Source: a virus (taxonomy: Duplodnaviria; Heunggongvirae; Uroviricota; Caudoviricetes). Taken from it: 23,647 bases of DNA. Both the position numbers and the translations under genes were made by a program. Location of the stretch: the IMG/VR virus record IMGVR_UViG_2537561691_000015. One strand, 5' to 3'. The notes beneath the pieces are model-generated. The model was not told where the DNA came from. It saw only the letters and a program-made list of their open reading frames with translations, and did no database searches. Shown piece after piece: positions 1 through 8,603 of the stretch (positions within the stretch are counted from its first letter, which is position 1; every line of letters begins with the position of its first letter).

Positions 1-1002
1 TTACCCTCTATTGTCAAAAGGGTTTAATTCAACAGCAGCCTCTAAATGACCCGGAGCAAAATGCGCATAACGCATAGTCATTTTTATATCGCTATGCCCC
101 AGTATTTTTTGCAACACAAGAATATTTCCGCCCCGCATCATAAAATGACTAGCAAACGTGTGACGTAGCACATGAGTTAATTGCCCATCAGGGAGCTCTA
201 TCTTCGCTCTCTTAATTGCAGCGTCAAAAGCCTCATAACATGGTGAAAATAGCGCTCCTCGTTTTTTAGGAAGCATAGCCTGCAATTGAGGTGAAATCGG
301 TACAGTGCGGTTCTTCTTTCCTTTAGTTTTAACAAATGTGATTCGACCGGGCAGTACTTGAGATTGCTTTAATCCTTCTGCTTCACTCCACCGAGCACCA
401 GTCGCAAGCCCAATACGGACAACAACCCCCAAATCTTTATTCCGTGACTCATCACACGCAATCAAAAGGCGTTCAATCTCATCTACATACAGAAACGCCA
501 GCTCCTTTTCTTCCTCACGAAACTTGCGAATTCCAGTCAGGGGGTTTTCACCAGACCACTCCCCAAGGCGCTTCAGTTCGGCAAAAACAGCATGTAGATA
601 TGACTGCTCGCGATTAACGGTTGCTTCACTAAGTTTTTTCTTCCCCTTGGGATTCCATTCTCCTGATAGCCTTCTTTCCCGATAAGTAGCAAACATATTT
701 TTGTCAAACTGAGAAGCAAATGGATCTCCCAGCCTAGAACAAATCGCCTCAAGTTTGACTTTGCGCTCTGCACCAGAGGACAAGGTTTTGCCGTACATCT
801 CAAACCAACGAGCAATCAACTCAGAAAGACGAGGACCAGAACCATCTTGAAACTCGTCTCCAACTCTACTATTCATTAAACGGCGCTCATAAGAGAGCGC
901 CTCACTTTTTGTCGCAAACTGTTTACGAATGCGTTTTCCCGATGCTCCGTAGGGATAACATTCGCAAAGCCATTTACCTGATGGAATCTTACGAACCGAC
1001 AT
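1..1002 (-). CDS. int: Tyrosine integrase (P2 Int-like), complete, stop codon at window edge
   Basis: 333 aa ORF; C-terminal catalytic box 'LRHTFASHF...GHSDIKMTMRYAHF' typical of tyrosine recombinases; last gene of the repressor operon as in P2. Confidence 0.9.
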   Translation of the reverse strand: MSVRKIPSGKWLCECYPYGASGKRIRKQFATKSEALSYERRLMNSRVGDEFQDGSGPRLSELIARWFEMYGKTLSSGAERKVKLEAICSRLGDPFASQFDKNMFATYRERRLSGEWNPKGKKKLSEATVNREQSYLHAVFAELKRLGEWSGENPLTGIRKFREEEKELAFLYVDEIERLLIACDESRNKDLGVVVRIGLATGARWSEAEGLKQSQVLPGRITFVKTKGKKNRTVPISPQLQAMLPKKRGALFSPCYEAFDAAIKRAKIELPDGQLTHVLRHTFASHFMMRGGNILVLQKILGHSDIKMTMRYAHFAPGHLEAAVELNPFDNRG

Positions 1003-1007
1003 TTTTG

Positions 1008-1355
1008 TTACTTATCACATAAATCAAATGCAGCCTTAGTGACGTCCCCCAGATTCTTTTTTAACCCAGGGGCGGCATCATTATCTAGCCAAAATGGATT
1101 ATTGTTATCTAACGGTAACGCACCAAATGTTTTACCTTTTATTCGAGCCAAACCTGTAAGCGCATATAACTTATTATCGTCAAAATTCATCACATAAGGA
1201 TTACCATCAAGACACTGCAATTGAACCTCATCTGTATTAAATGGCCATACTCCATTGAAACTCTCACGTTCAATAGTTTTAAAAGGCATTGCGACGGCGG
1301 AAAAAGAAAACATAGATAAAAAAGCAACTAATAGTTGAACCTTTTTTACTTTCAT
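1008..1355 (-). CDS. Small secreted/periplasmic protein of unknown function (cargo in lysogenic operon)
   Basis: 115 aa; N-terminal signal peptide 'MKVKKVQLLVAFLSMFSFSAVA'; two Cys (possible disulfide); GAGG ribosome-binding site upstream; stop 5 nt before int start. Confidence 0.6.
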   Translation of the reverse strand: MKVKKVQLLVAFLSMFSFSAVAMPFKTIERESFNGVWPFNTDEVQLQCLDGNPYVMNFDDNKLYALTGLARIKGKTFGALPLDNNNPFWLDNDAAPGLKKNLGDVTKAAFDLCDK

Positions 1356-1384
1356 GTCATTGCCTCAATTTAGCTCAAGTAAGA

Positions 1385-2035
1385 TTACAAATTAAAAAAC
1401 ATCCTAGAAATGGCTCCGCCTACCAAAACCCCTACGCAGATAAAGAATATTATTTCTTTTGGATAAAATCGGATTAATTCTGAAGCACGAAGGCGGACTT
1501 CTGGTAAGGTCGAATTCTCTGTGTGGCTTGATACCGATTGTTGCTCTAACCACGACAATGCAGACTGTAACTGAGAACGAGTAAGATCGTTTAAACGTCC
1601 TGTACCGAAATTGATATGGCAATACCGCAGAAGTTTTTGTCGAAGTCCACAGTCTTCACTGTTACGTAATAATAAACTTACAAGAGTCTTACAGGCATCA
1701 TGATCTTTACATCGCTCAAGCATTGCATGCAGAAAACTCTCCGCTGTTTTATATTGATTTATTGTCATATCATCAATACCAGCTACACCAATCTCCGCAT
1801 GTACTTTTTGCCAAATAATAAACGCTTCAGTATTGCTAGCTTCTGCAATAGCAGCAACCAAGCTATTTAGCTCCTTACGCTGTGCCTTAAGCAAAGGGCG
1901 AGCGTCATCATCATTATTCGAAGGGATTGCGATATTGACGGTATGAGAACCATCATATCGCTCTATCTGAATATTCTTTTCGTGAAAATCACGCCCAGCA
2001 ACGCGATTGTTTGAACCGTTTGAGTTGACGGCCAT
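1385..2035 (-). CDS. Tail-anchored membrane protein of unknown function (cargo in lysogenic operon)
   Basis: 216 aa; single C-terminal hydrophobic helix 'IIFFICVGVLVGGAISRMFF'; strong RBS GGGAGGTGA before ATG; starts 15 nt after repressor stop; N-terminal motif 'NNRVAGRDFHE' echoes the repressor C-terminus. Confidence 0.6.
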   Translation of the reverse strand: MAVNSNGSNNRVAGRDFHEKNIQIERYDGSHTVNIAIPSNNDDDARPLLKAQRKELNSLVAAIAEASNTEAFIIWQKVHAEIGVAGIDDMTINQYKTAESFLHAMLERCKDHDACKTLVSLLLRNSEDCGLRQKLLRYCHINFGTGRLNDLTRSQLQSALSWLEQQSVSSHTENSTLPEVRLRASELIRFYPKEIIFFICVGVLVGGAISRMFFNL

Positions 2036-2050
2036 GTCACCTCCCTACTA

Positions 2051-2455
2051 TCACCTACCCTTAGTTTCGTTATAGTCACGACCAGCGATACGGTTATTAC
2101 CACCAGAAATATTTAACTCACGCCCTGATGGCTGAGTTTCCTTTTCACTGCCCGCACTTTTTAAAGCCCCGATCACCGCGTTTTTTACATCTAACGAAGC
2201 TGCTCGAAAGCGAGTAATCAACTCCTGCTCATCATCGTTATAAGTTTCAGGTGAGTGAATTCCCAACACAACATACTGAACATCAAGGCCAAAACGAGAC
2301 AGCGCTGCCAAATACGCAGCATCAGGAAAGCTATCTCCTTTCTCATATCTAAGCTGAGTTAGCTTTTTGACTCCACCAATTTCGCTCATAGCAACTTGAC
2401 TAAGCCCCAATCTTTCCCTTTCCTCACGCAACCGCTGACCAATATCATTTTTCAT
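2051..2455 (-). CDS. HTH XRE-family immunity repressor (P2 C / 186 CI functional analogue)
   Basis: 134 aa; N-terminal helix-turn-helix 'LREERERLGLSQVAMSEIGGVKKLTQLRYEKGDSFP'; divergent from the early operon; first gene of the repressor-int operon. Confidence 0.8.
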   Translation of the reverse strand: MKNDIGQRLREERERLGLSQVAMSEIGGVKKLTQLRYEKGDSFPDAAYLAALSRFGLDVQYVVLGIHSPETYNDDEQELITRFRAASLDVKNAVIGALKSAGSEKETQPSGRELNISGGNNRIAGRDYNETKGR

Positions 2456-2470
2456 ACAAAAACCTTGACA

Positions 2471-2488
2471 GGTATCTTTTTTGATACC
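2471..2488. promoter_or_regulatory. Putative operator: perfect 6-6-6 palindrome GGTATC-TTTTTT-GATACC in the repressor/early-operon switch region
   Basis: Seen directly in sequence; lies between a TTGACA hexamer (2465-2470) and the early-gene start; GATACC half-site recurs at 2549-2554. Confidence 0.4.
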
Positions 2489-2530
2489 AAAATGATTTCA
2501 CGAGCTATTAGATGATCACAATATACCACT

Positions 2531-2737
2531 ATGAAACAAGTTCTTCACGATACCAGATCACGCATTCCGCGTAACACCGCCACAGGTCCAAGACTGGCAC
2601 TTCGGCTGTCCCTCGAAGAGCGAGCCGTCATTGATGAAATGGCAGCTAAAGAACAACGCTCATCCTCTAACATGGCGCGCATGATCTTCCTTCGCGGCCT
2701 AGAGCTAACCCAGAAAGAACAAAACAAATCTTCCTGA
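2531..2737 (+). CDS. Small DNA-binding regulator, first gene of early operon (Cox/Apl position; possibly ribbon-helix-helix)
   Basis: 68 aa; position equivalent to P2 cox / 186 apl; segment 'LALRLSLEERAVIDEMAAK...MARMIFLRGLE' resembles RHH-type regulators; family assignment not verified. Confidence 0.5.
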   Translation: MKQVLHDTRSRIPRNTATGPRLALRLSLEERAVIDEMAAKEQRSSSNMARMIFLRGLELTQKEQNKSS

Positions 2738-2753
2738 TCAGGAGGCTAGTGGG

Positions 2754-2957
2754 ATGTCAGGTATAACCATCAATATCAATGTGAATGCCCCCTATGTATC
2801 CCTGCAGAAATATGCAGAGATAACAGGTATCCCTCTTAATACATGCAAAAAGATGTTGGCTGACGGTCGAATTATTATCCGCCCCAAACGTGCCAAAATG
2901 GAAAAGCCTGAAGTAAACCTTGTGGCGATGTTAAAAGACGCTTTGGCTAACAGCTAA
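2754..2957 (+). CDS. Putative excisionase/AlpA-like HTH DNA-binding protein
   Basis: 67 aa; 'YVSLQKYAEITGIPLNTCKKMLADGRI' resembles excisionase-type winged HTH; RBS CAGGAGG upstream. Confidence 0.5.
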   Translation: MSGITININVNAPYVSLQKYAEITGIPLNTCKKMLADGRIIIRPKRAKMEKPEVNLVAMLKDALANS

Positions 2958-2978
2958 AACAATGAACAGAGCATCATC

Positions 2979-3329
2979 ATGAAAAAACACGCTAATAATC
3001 CATACTCCAAATTTCGTAATGGCGTAGAACGCCATATACACCACGTCGCTACCAGTGCATCACGTAGTAACAATCGCTATAACCTGAACGAGACGCACGC
3101 AACACCAGATGGGCACGCTGTAAAACAAATCGGCGAACACACCTGGCTGATTGAGAAAGCTGGAATAGTGGTTCACAGATGCTCACGCAATCCGTTTACC
3201 GGAAACCGCATTTTTGCATTAAGCAACGGCGATAATCAGTTCGGGCAGGATTTTACATTGTACGAAGCACTGCGCACAGTCGATCGTTTGCTTCGCGGGC
3301 AAAGTTTTATTAAACAGGCTGATTTATAA
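2979..3329 (+). CDS. Hypothetical early-operon protein
   Basis: 116 aa ORF with ATG start, co-directional and tightly spaced in the early operon. Confidence 0.5.
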   Translation: MKKHANNPYSKFRNGVERHIHHVATSASRSNNRYNLNETHATPDGHAVKQIGEHTWLIEKAGIVVHRCSRNPFTGNRIFALSNGDNQFGQDFTLYEALRTVDRLLRGQSFIKQADL

Positions 3330-3339
3330 CAGGTGCTTT

Positions 3340-3618
3340 ATGACTAAAGACCATGCACAAGGTGTATTTATCCGCTTTATTGATTTTCGCGGTGAACTGT
3401 TATTACGCGCATCAGCTATTGACGGAGTAGTTCCATCTGAAAAAAATGCAGCTACCTACGTTTATCTGAACGGTACGCGCCTGACAGTAGAACTTCCGTA
3501 CCAGACCGTTCGCGAAATAATTAACGAAGCTGAAAAAGCTCGTCAGGTTAATGGCGATGAACCCTATATCGAAATTATCTGCATGGATTCAGAAGCTGAA
3601 ATTCAGAAAGCAGATTAA
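3340..3618 (+). CDS. Hypothetical early-operon protein
   Basis: 92 aa ORF, ATG start, RBS-like AGGTG upstream. Confidence 0.5.
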   Translation: MTKDHAQGVFIRFIDFRGELLLRASAIDGVVPSEKNAATYVYLNGTRLTVELPYQTVREIINEAEKARQVNGDEPYIEIICMDSEAEIQKAD

Positions 3619-3629
3619 AGGGCGTTGCG

Positions 3630-3872
3630 ATGGGCAAAGAATATAAGACTCTCATAAACAAAGCACTTGAGCGTTTTTATTTTCGCTTAAGTGCATCAGG
3701 TACTCATGCTGAACGTGCAGCCCGTGACTCATTAACCAGGGCAATCCGGAGTCTGTATGACGTGGCTTTTTACGCTGATGATCTGGATGCACTTAACGAA
3801 CTTTCCGAGCTGATCTGTGCCGCAGAATGCGGGGAGCATATTGAACCGTATAAGCTGGGGAATATTGCATGA
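3630..3872 (+). CDS. Hypothetical early-operon protein
   Basis: 80 aa ORF, ATG start 11 nt after the previous stop. Confidence 0.5.
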   Translation: MGKEYKTLINKALERFYFRLSASGTHAERAARDSLTRAIRSLYDVAFYADDLDALNELSELICAAECGEHIEPYKLGNIA

Positions 3873-3982
3873 GTATATTTATCTCATGGCTTGTTCTGAT
3901 TATTTCGGTGGTCTGCGCCATTGGGATTATGCGAATTATTCGTTCAGTAAAAAAGATTGACCGCTTTTTCACTGGCGAATAA
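3869..3982 (+). CDS. Small hydrophobic peptide (37 aa), possible small membrane protein
   Basis: ORF MSIFISWLVLIISVVCAIGIMRIIRSVKKIDRFFTGE read directly; start overlaps upstream stop (ATGA); below the length cut-off of the ORF track. Confidence 0.3.
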   Translation: MSIFISWLVLIISVVCAIGIMRIIRSVKKIDRFFTGE

Positions 3983-4069
3983 CAGCGCAAATAAAAACCC
4001 TAGGTTAAATAAGAAAATGTAAAAACAATCCGCATTCGCGGAGGTATTCGCACACGCCCAGGAGGTGTA

Positions 4070-4273
4070 ATGGCAATTAAGCATTTTCCTGTCGTTCGTT
4101 TCACTTCCAGAGGACGTGAATACGAAGTCGACGAACGCCTGATTACCACAATCGACAAACACCGCTCAGAAAAGGATGCACACCACATCTATCTCACTGA
4201 CGGTACTTACTTCTGCGCCACTAATGTGGTGCGGGTGAATCTTATCCGACAGGTACAGGATCCACGCAAATGA
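4070..4273 (+). CDS. Hypothetical early-operon protein
   Basis: 67 aa; strong RBS CAGGAGGTG before ATG. Confidence 0.5.
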   Translation: MAIKHFPVVRFTSRGREYEVDERLITTIDKHRSEKDAHHIYLTDGTYFCATNVVRVNLIRQVQDPRK

Positions 4274-4488
4274 GCAGGAGAAGAATCACTCGCAAACATC
4301 ACCGCACACACCTGAATTCCTCAGCAACGCTAAAGGCACTTATTAAAAGCGAGATCGGTGATTTCTTCGCGGGAGTTGGCTCGCCAGGTGAACCAGAAAC
4401 ACCAGAAGCGATACAGCGTGAGCTCATGATACGCATAGATAGCACTTTTGATTTCTTCTACAGCATGCACGGAATTAAACAGAAATGA
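4270..4488 (+). CDS. Hypothetical early-operon protein
   Basis: 72 aa; ATGA overlap with upstream stop (translational coupling). Confidence 0.45.
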   Translation: MSRRRITRKHHRTHLNSSATLKALIKSEIGDFFAGVGSPGEPETPEAIQRELMIRIDSTFDFFYSMHGIKQK

Positions 4489-4596
4489 ACCTCAAGCCAG
4501 CAATAACTACTCGTAGAACGCCAATTCCTGTAACCGACCGCTTCTGAGTTTTTTGGCAGGAAGCCTTCGCACATCCTTAGTAGAGAGAATTGCAGC

Positions 4597-4986
4597 ATGA
4601 TTGACGCTCATGACTTCACAAGATGGGTGCGCACACAGGACACCCGTCTGGCTCCCGTTCTTCAGGGATTATTTGATCTCTACATCCGTAGTCGTGACAA
4701 CAGAGCACGCACTACAAAACCGGAGAATGCAGACACCCTTTATTTCACAGTAGACGACTGCTACCGCGTGGACTTAACACCACACGGGCTGGCGTTGCGC
4801 TGCCTGACACCGCATGGCGAATCACTGCTGGCGTATTACGACTCCCCGACCTCCGTATTTGCGGCAATGCTGGCGCATCACACTGCTGGCGGGTGTGCCT
4901 CGCTGAGTGAATACACCGCTGAATTTAACCGCCTTTCCACCCTCTTCTCGCAGGAGTGGCAGCGCGTGACGGGATACCAGCCATGA
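4597..4986 (+). CDS. Hypothetical early-operon protein immediately upstream of the replication gene
   Basis: 129 aa; its stop overlaps the ATG of gene A (ATGA). Confidence 0.5.
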   Translation: MIDAHDFTRWVRTQDTRLAPVLQGLFDLYIRSRDNRARTTKPENADTLYFTVDDCYRVDLTPHGLALRCLTPHGESLLAYYDSPTSVFAAMLAHHTAGGCASLSEYTAEFNRLSTLFSQEWQRVTGYQP

Positions 4987-7748
4987 GTGAGTTTGCATGG
5001 AGCTGGAATGAACCACGGCCAGCCATTGATCCGGACAGATTTACGGAGCGCAGGCAGGAAACTGAAACCGAGCTGCAACGCGCCATCCGTTACTACCTTG
5101 AGGCGGACAAAAAGGCCCGTAAAGAACAGGAAGCGAAGGAGGAAGCCTTTTTCGCACAATCCACCGTGGGTAAAAAACTCATGGCATCCCTTGAGGAAGC
5201 CGGACAGCGTGAAAAGCTGGCACAAAGCATCATCAGCAAGCGTCAGGCAACAGAACAAGACCCGGTGGCCCGTGCTTTTGCCACACTGAAGGTGCTTCCC
5301 GTTTATCTGCGTGAACCTCTGAGCCGCCACCTCTCTTTCCTGCGCAAAAAACAGGAATCCGATCGTCAGAAAGGCAAAAAGAGCTGGCAGGCTGAACGCT
5401 ACGCGCGCGGAACCCTGCGCAAAATATTCGTACGTCTGGACCGCACCGACAGCCGTTGGCTGACACCGGGTTATCGGTCCCTTGCCGGACGTGAACGCCT
5501 GGACGATTTGCTTTACCTGCCGCAACTCAACAAACACCAGATACAGACGCTGGCCACCATGACGGCGGCGATGTTCAGCAGCACCTTCGAAAAACTCTGC
5601 GATGGTTTTGGCGCGACCGATGGCGAGCTGACCATGGATGTAACGCTGAAGGCGTATCAGATGCTGGCCCGCATGGCGTTACACTTGCACGCCATGCCTC
5701 CGCATTATGACGCACTGACAACAGACAAAGACCGGAGGAACGAACCGGACACAGAACTGCTGCCGGGCGCAATCCTTCGCCTGACCTGTGCGGAATGGTG
5801 GAAACGCAAACTGTGGCTGTTACGTTGCGAGTGGAGAGAAGAACAACTCCGCGCCGCCTGTCTGGTTTCCAGAAAAACATCGCCCTATTTGAGCCAGGAC
5901 GCGTTAAGCGAGTTTCGCGCACAGCGCGAGAAAACACGCGATTTCCTGAAAAGTTTCATGCTGGAAAACGAAGACGGGTTCACGATTGATCTCGAGACGG
6001 TGTATTACGCGGGAGTAAGTAACCCGGTTCACCGTAAGGCAGAAATGATGGCCACCATGAAGGGGCTGGAACTTCTGGCCGAAGCCCGTGGCGACAAAGC
6101 GGTGTTTCTGACTGTCACCTGCCCGTCAAAATACCACGCCACAACAGAGAACGGTCATCCGAATCCCAAATGGAACGGGGCCACCATGCGCGACTCCAGC
6201 GATTACCTGGTTAACACGTTTTTTGCGGCGGTCCGCAAAAAACTGAACCGCGACGGTCTTCGCTGGTATGGCATCCGCACGGTGGAGCCTCACCATGACG
6301 GCACCGTGCACTGGCATATGATGGTCTTTGCTCATCCGGAAGAAATCGACAGCATCGTGGCCATCACCCGCGATATTGCCATTCAGGAAGACCGCCACGA
6401 GCTGGGCAATGATATTACTCCGCGCTTTAAGGCGGAGTATGTCGACGGCTCAAAAGGCACACCAACCAGCTATATCGCGACCTACATCGGAAAGAACCTG
6501 GACAGCCGCGCCGTGGATGGCATCGACCCGAAAACGGGCAAGCCACGCGTTGACCACGAAACCGGAAAATCAATGGCCGAGAGTGTGGAGCGCGCCATCG
6601 GCTGGGCGCGCCTTCATCGGGTCCGCCAGTTCCAGTTCTTTGGCATCCCCTCCCGTCAGGTGTGGCGTGAACTGCGCCGCCTTGCCAGCCAGATGGCACG
6701 CAACCCGGAAGGCCCGCAACGACTGAAAGATGACGCAATGGATGCGGTACTCGCTGCCGCCGATGCCGGGTGTTTTGCCACCTACATTGAAAAACAGGGC
6801 GGCGTACTTGTTCCACGCAAAGACTACCTGATTCGCACCGCCTACGACCTCGCAGATGAGCTGAATGATTACGGCGAACAGAGCGTACAGATTTACGGGA
6901 TCTGGTCACCACTCATCGGGGAATCCTCCCGTGTGTGCACGCATCCGGATAACTGGAAACTGGTAAGACGTAAACCGGAAACGGAAGACAGCGCCCGCGA
7001 AAATGGTTTTGACCTTCAGGGCGGCCCTGCCGCCCCTTGGACTCGTGGCAATAACTGTCCCCGTGTACAGGAAACGGACAACAACGGGACAGAACAGCCG
7101 GAAGAACGGCCAGCACCGTGGCCGCGGCTTCCTGAAGGCGTTGACGTGAATGAATGGATGCGCTCACTGAAACGGCACGAACGCCGGGCACTGATGCGTT
7201 CGCTGCGTGACAAACAGGCAAAAAACAGCAGTGATGAAATGCAGAACTGGACACAGAGCCGCAAACAGCCACAGCCTTTGCCTGATAACCACGAGTTACT
7301 CGCTAAAGAATGGCGGGAGGCTGCTGAATCTCTCGGCCTGCATATCGGTGAACAGCAGATGCAGCACCTGTTACGAGGCGGCAGTCTGTACGTTGGCGGC
7401 AGCATCATTGCACCGCAGGGATTTGAAATTGTACGCAAACAGGATACCCGCCCGGACAGCCGAATCACGCAGCTCTGGCAACGCCTGAGTCGTAATCACG
7501 GCGTAAGCAGCACGGAGATCCGCCATAACCCGGTCGCCAGCTATCTGGAACAACTAGAGGCATCAGACCCTGAAGCCGCCGCACGCCTGGCATCCACACT
7601 TCAGCAAGACCAGAACACCATGAAAACACCCGTTACCGTACTTTCTGACATGCTGCGCGCCATCCGCGACGCAGAGCACGCACAGAGAATCAGTGAAACC
7701 ACTAAACATGCTCGCAAAAAAATCAGTTTATTGCATCGAACACGATAG
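4983..7748 (+). CDS. A: Rolling-circle replication initiation endonuclease (P2 gpA family)
   Basis: 921 aa from ATG 4983 (the track's 4956 start is GTG); HUH-type motif 'VEPHHDGTVHWHMMVF' closely matches my recollection of P2 A; last gene of early operon as in P2. Confidence 0.9.
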   Translation: MSEFAWSWNEPRPAIDPDRFTERRQETETELQRAIRYYLEADKKARKEQEAKEEAFFAQSTVGKKLMASLEEAGQREKLAQSIISKRQATEQDPVARAFATLKVLPVYLREPLSRHLSFLRKKQESDRQKGKKSWQAERYARGTLRKIFVRLDRTDSRWLTPGYRSLAGRERLDDLLYLPQLNKHQIQTLATMTAAMFSSTFEKLCDGFGATDGELTMDVTLKAYQMLARMALHLHAMPPHYDALTTDKDRRNEPDTELLPGAILRLTCAEWWKRKLWLLRCEWREEQLRAACLVSRKTSPYLSQDALSEFRAQREKTRDFLKSFMLENEDGFTIDLETVYYAGVSNPVHRKAEMMATMKGLELLAEARGDKAVFLTVTCPSKYHATTENGHPNPKWNGATMRDSSDYLVNTFFAAVRKKLNRDGLRWYGIRTVEPHHDGTVHWHMMVFAHPEEIDSIVAITRDIAIQEDRHELGNDITPRFKAEYVDGSKGTPTSYIATYIGKNLDSRAVDGIDPKTGKPRVDHETGKSMAESVERAIGWARLHRVRQFQFFGIPSRQVWRELRRLASQMARNPEGPQRLKDDAMDAVLAAADAGCFATYIEKQGGVLVPRKDYLIRTAYDLADELNDYGEQSVQIYGIWSPLIGESSRVCTHPDNWKLVRRKPETEDSARENGFDLQGGPAAPWTRGNNCPRVQETDNNGTEQPEERPAPWPRLPEGVDVNEWMRSLKRHERRALMRSLRDKQAKNSSDEMQNWTQSRKQPQPLPDNHELLAKEWREAAESLGLHIGEQQMQHLLRGGSLYVGGSIIAPQGFEIVRKQDTRPDSRITQLWQRLSRNHGVSSTEIRHNPVASYLEQLEASDPEAAARLASTLQQDQNTMKTPVTVLSDMLRAIRDAEHAQRISETTKHARKKISLLHRTR

Positions 7749-7793
7749 AAATATAGAGCTAAGGCCGCCCTAGGAATAAGGAGGCCTTGAAAA

Positions 7794-8603
7794 TCAACCT
7801 ATCTTCTTATGAAGTAAAATTAATTTCTGTATTAATTTGGAATGAAACATTGATATATCAGAAATTCTTATTTCATTAGGCGAGTCTATATGATTGGAAA
7901 CTTCTTCCTCCAAGGAGTCACAAATACTTTCTAGATTTTCAATATCTGCATTTAATTCTGGAAAACTATTAAACAAATATAATGAATCCCGTAACTCTCC
8001 TAGTTTTGGTAAAAGAGTATTACTGAATACACTAAGAAACTCCTCTTCTGATAATGCCATGGAGTTTTTAAAACTTTGCACAACATCGAATGCCAACCCA
8101 TTAATTTTAGGCATAATTACTTCTCTTACCCAATACCCTTCATTAATAGCTTCTTTACGTTCTTTTCTATGTTGAACACAAGGAATAACAAAGGATGAAA
8201 CTAAAGCAAATAAAGAGATGCCAATAGAAATCCACTCTGGACCATTTTCCGGAACCTTTACAATATTATATATATCATAGGAATTTGGAACATCTTTGAA
8301 ATAATTAGCAAATAAATCTTTTTTGTTATCCCTTGCCAGAGATAACTTATGAAAGGTGTCGTTTGCCTTTTCACAAAACATCAAGCCATCATTCGGGTTT
8401 CCGGATAACAAAAACGGTGATGATATACCACTAAGTCCTGAATCGGAAATATAAAAAGGCGTGTTTGGATAAAGTGATTCATTACATTCAATGTTTTCTT
8501 TATTGGAAAAATCTGTCACAGAGCAAGCTGCGGGGAATATAAAAAAAATGACAGACAGCGCTGTCATTTTGATTTGAAAAATATTTTTAAAAGAAGGGAA
8601 CAT
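7794..8603 (-). CDS. Membrane protein with N-terminal signal peptide and one internal transmembrane helix (third gene of cargo operon)
   Basis: 269 aa; N-terminal 'KNIFQIKMTALSVIFFIFPAACS' signal-like; TM 'WISIGISLFALVSSFVIPCV'; AAGGAG RBS; overlaps upstream gene by 17 nt; AT-rich codon usage. Confidence 0.6.
   Translation of the reverse strand: MFPSFKNIFQIKMTALSVIFFIFPAACSVTDFSNKENIECNESLYPNTPFYISDSGLSGISSPFLLSGNPNDGLMFCEKANDTFHKLSLARDNKKDLFANYFKDVPNSYDIYNIVKVPENGPEWISIGISLFALVSSFVIPCVQHRKERKEAINEGYWVREVIMPKINGLAFDVVQSFKNSMALSEEEFLSVFSNTLLPKLGELRDSLYLFNSFPELNADIENLESICDSLEEEVSNHIDSPNEIRISDISMFHSKLIQKLILLHKKIG

Noticed and set aside
4878-5537. 219-aa minus-strand ORF
   Set aside because: Lies entirely antisense within the well-supported replication gene A; no RBS context; typical GC-rich antisense ORF.
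7761-7788. Inverted repeat AAGGCC...GGCCTT between convergent gene A and cargo gene 3 as a bidirectional terminator
   Set aside because: Stem is only 6 bp with a 16-nt loop and no U-tract; too weak to call.
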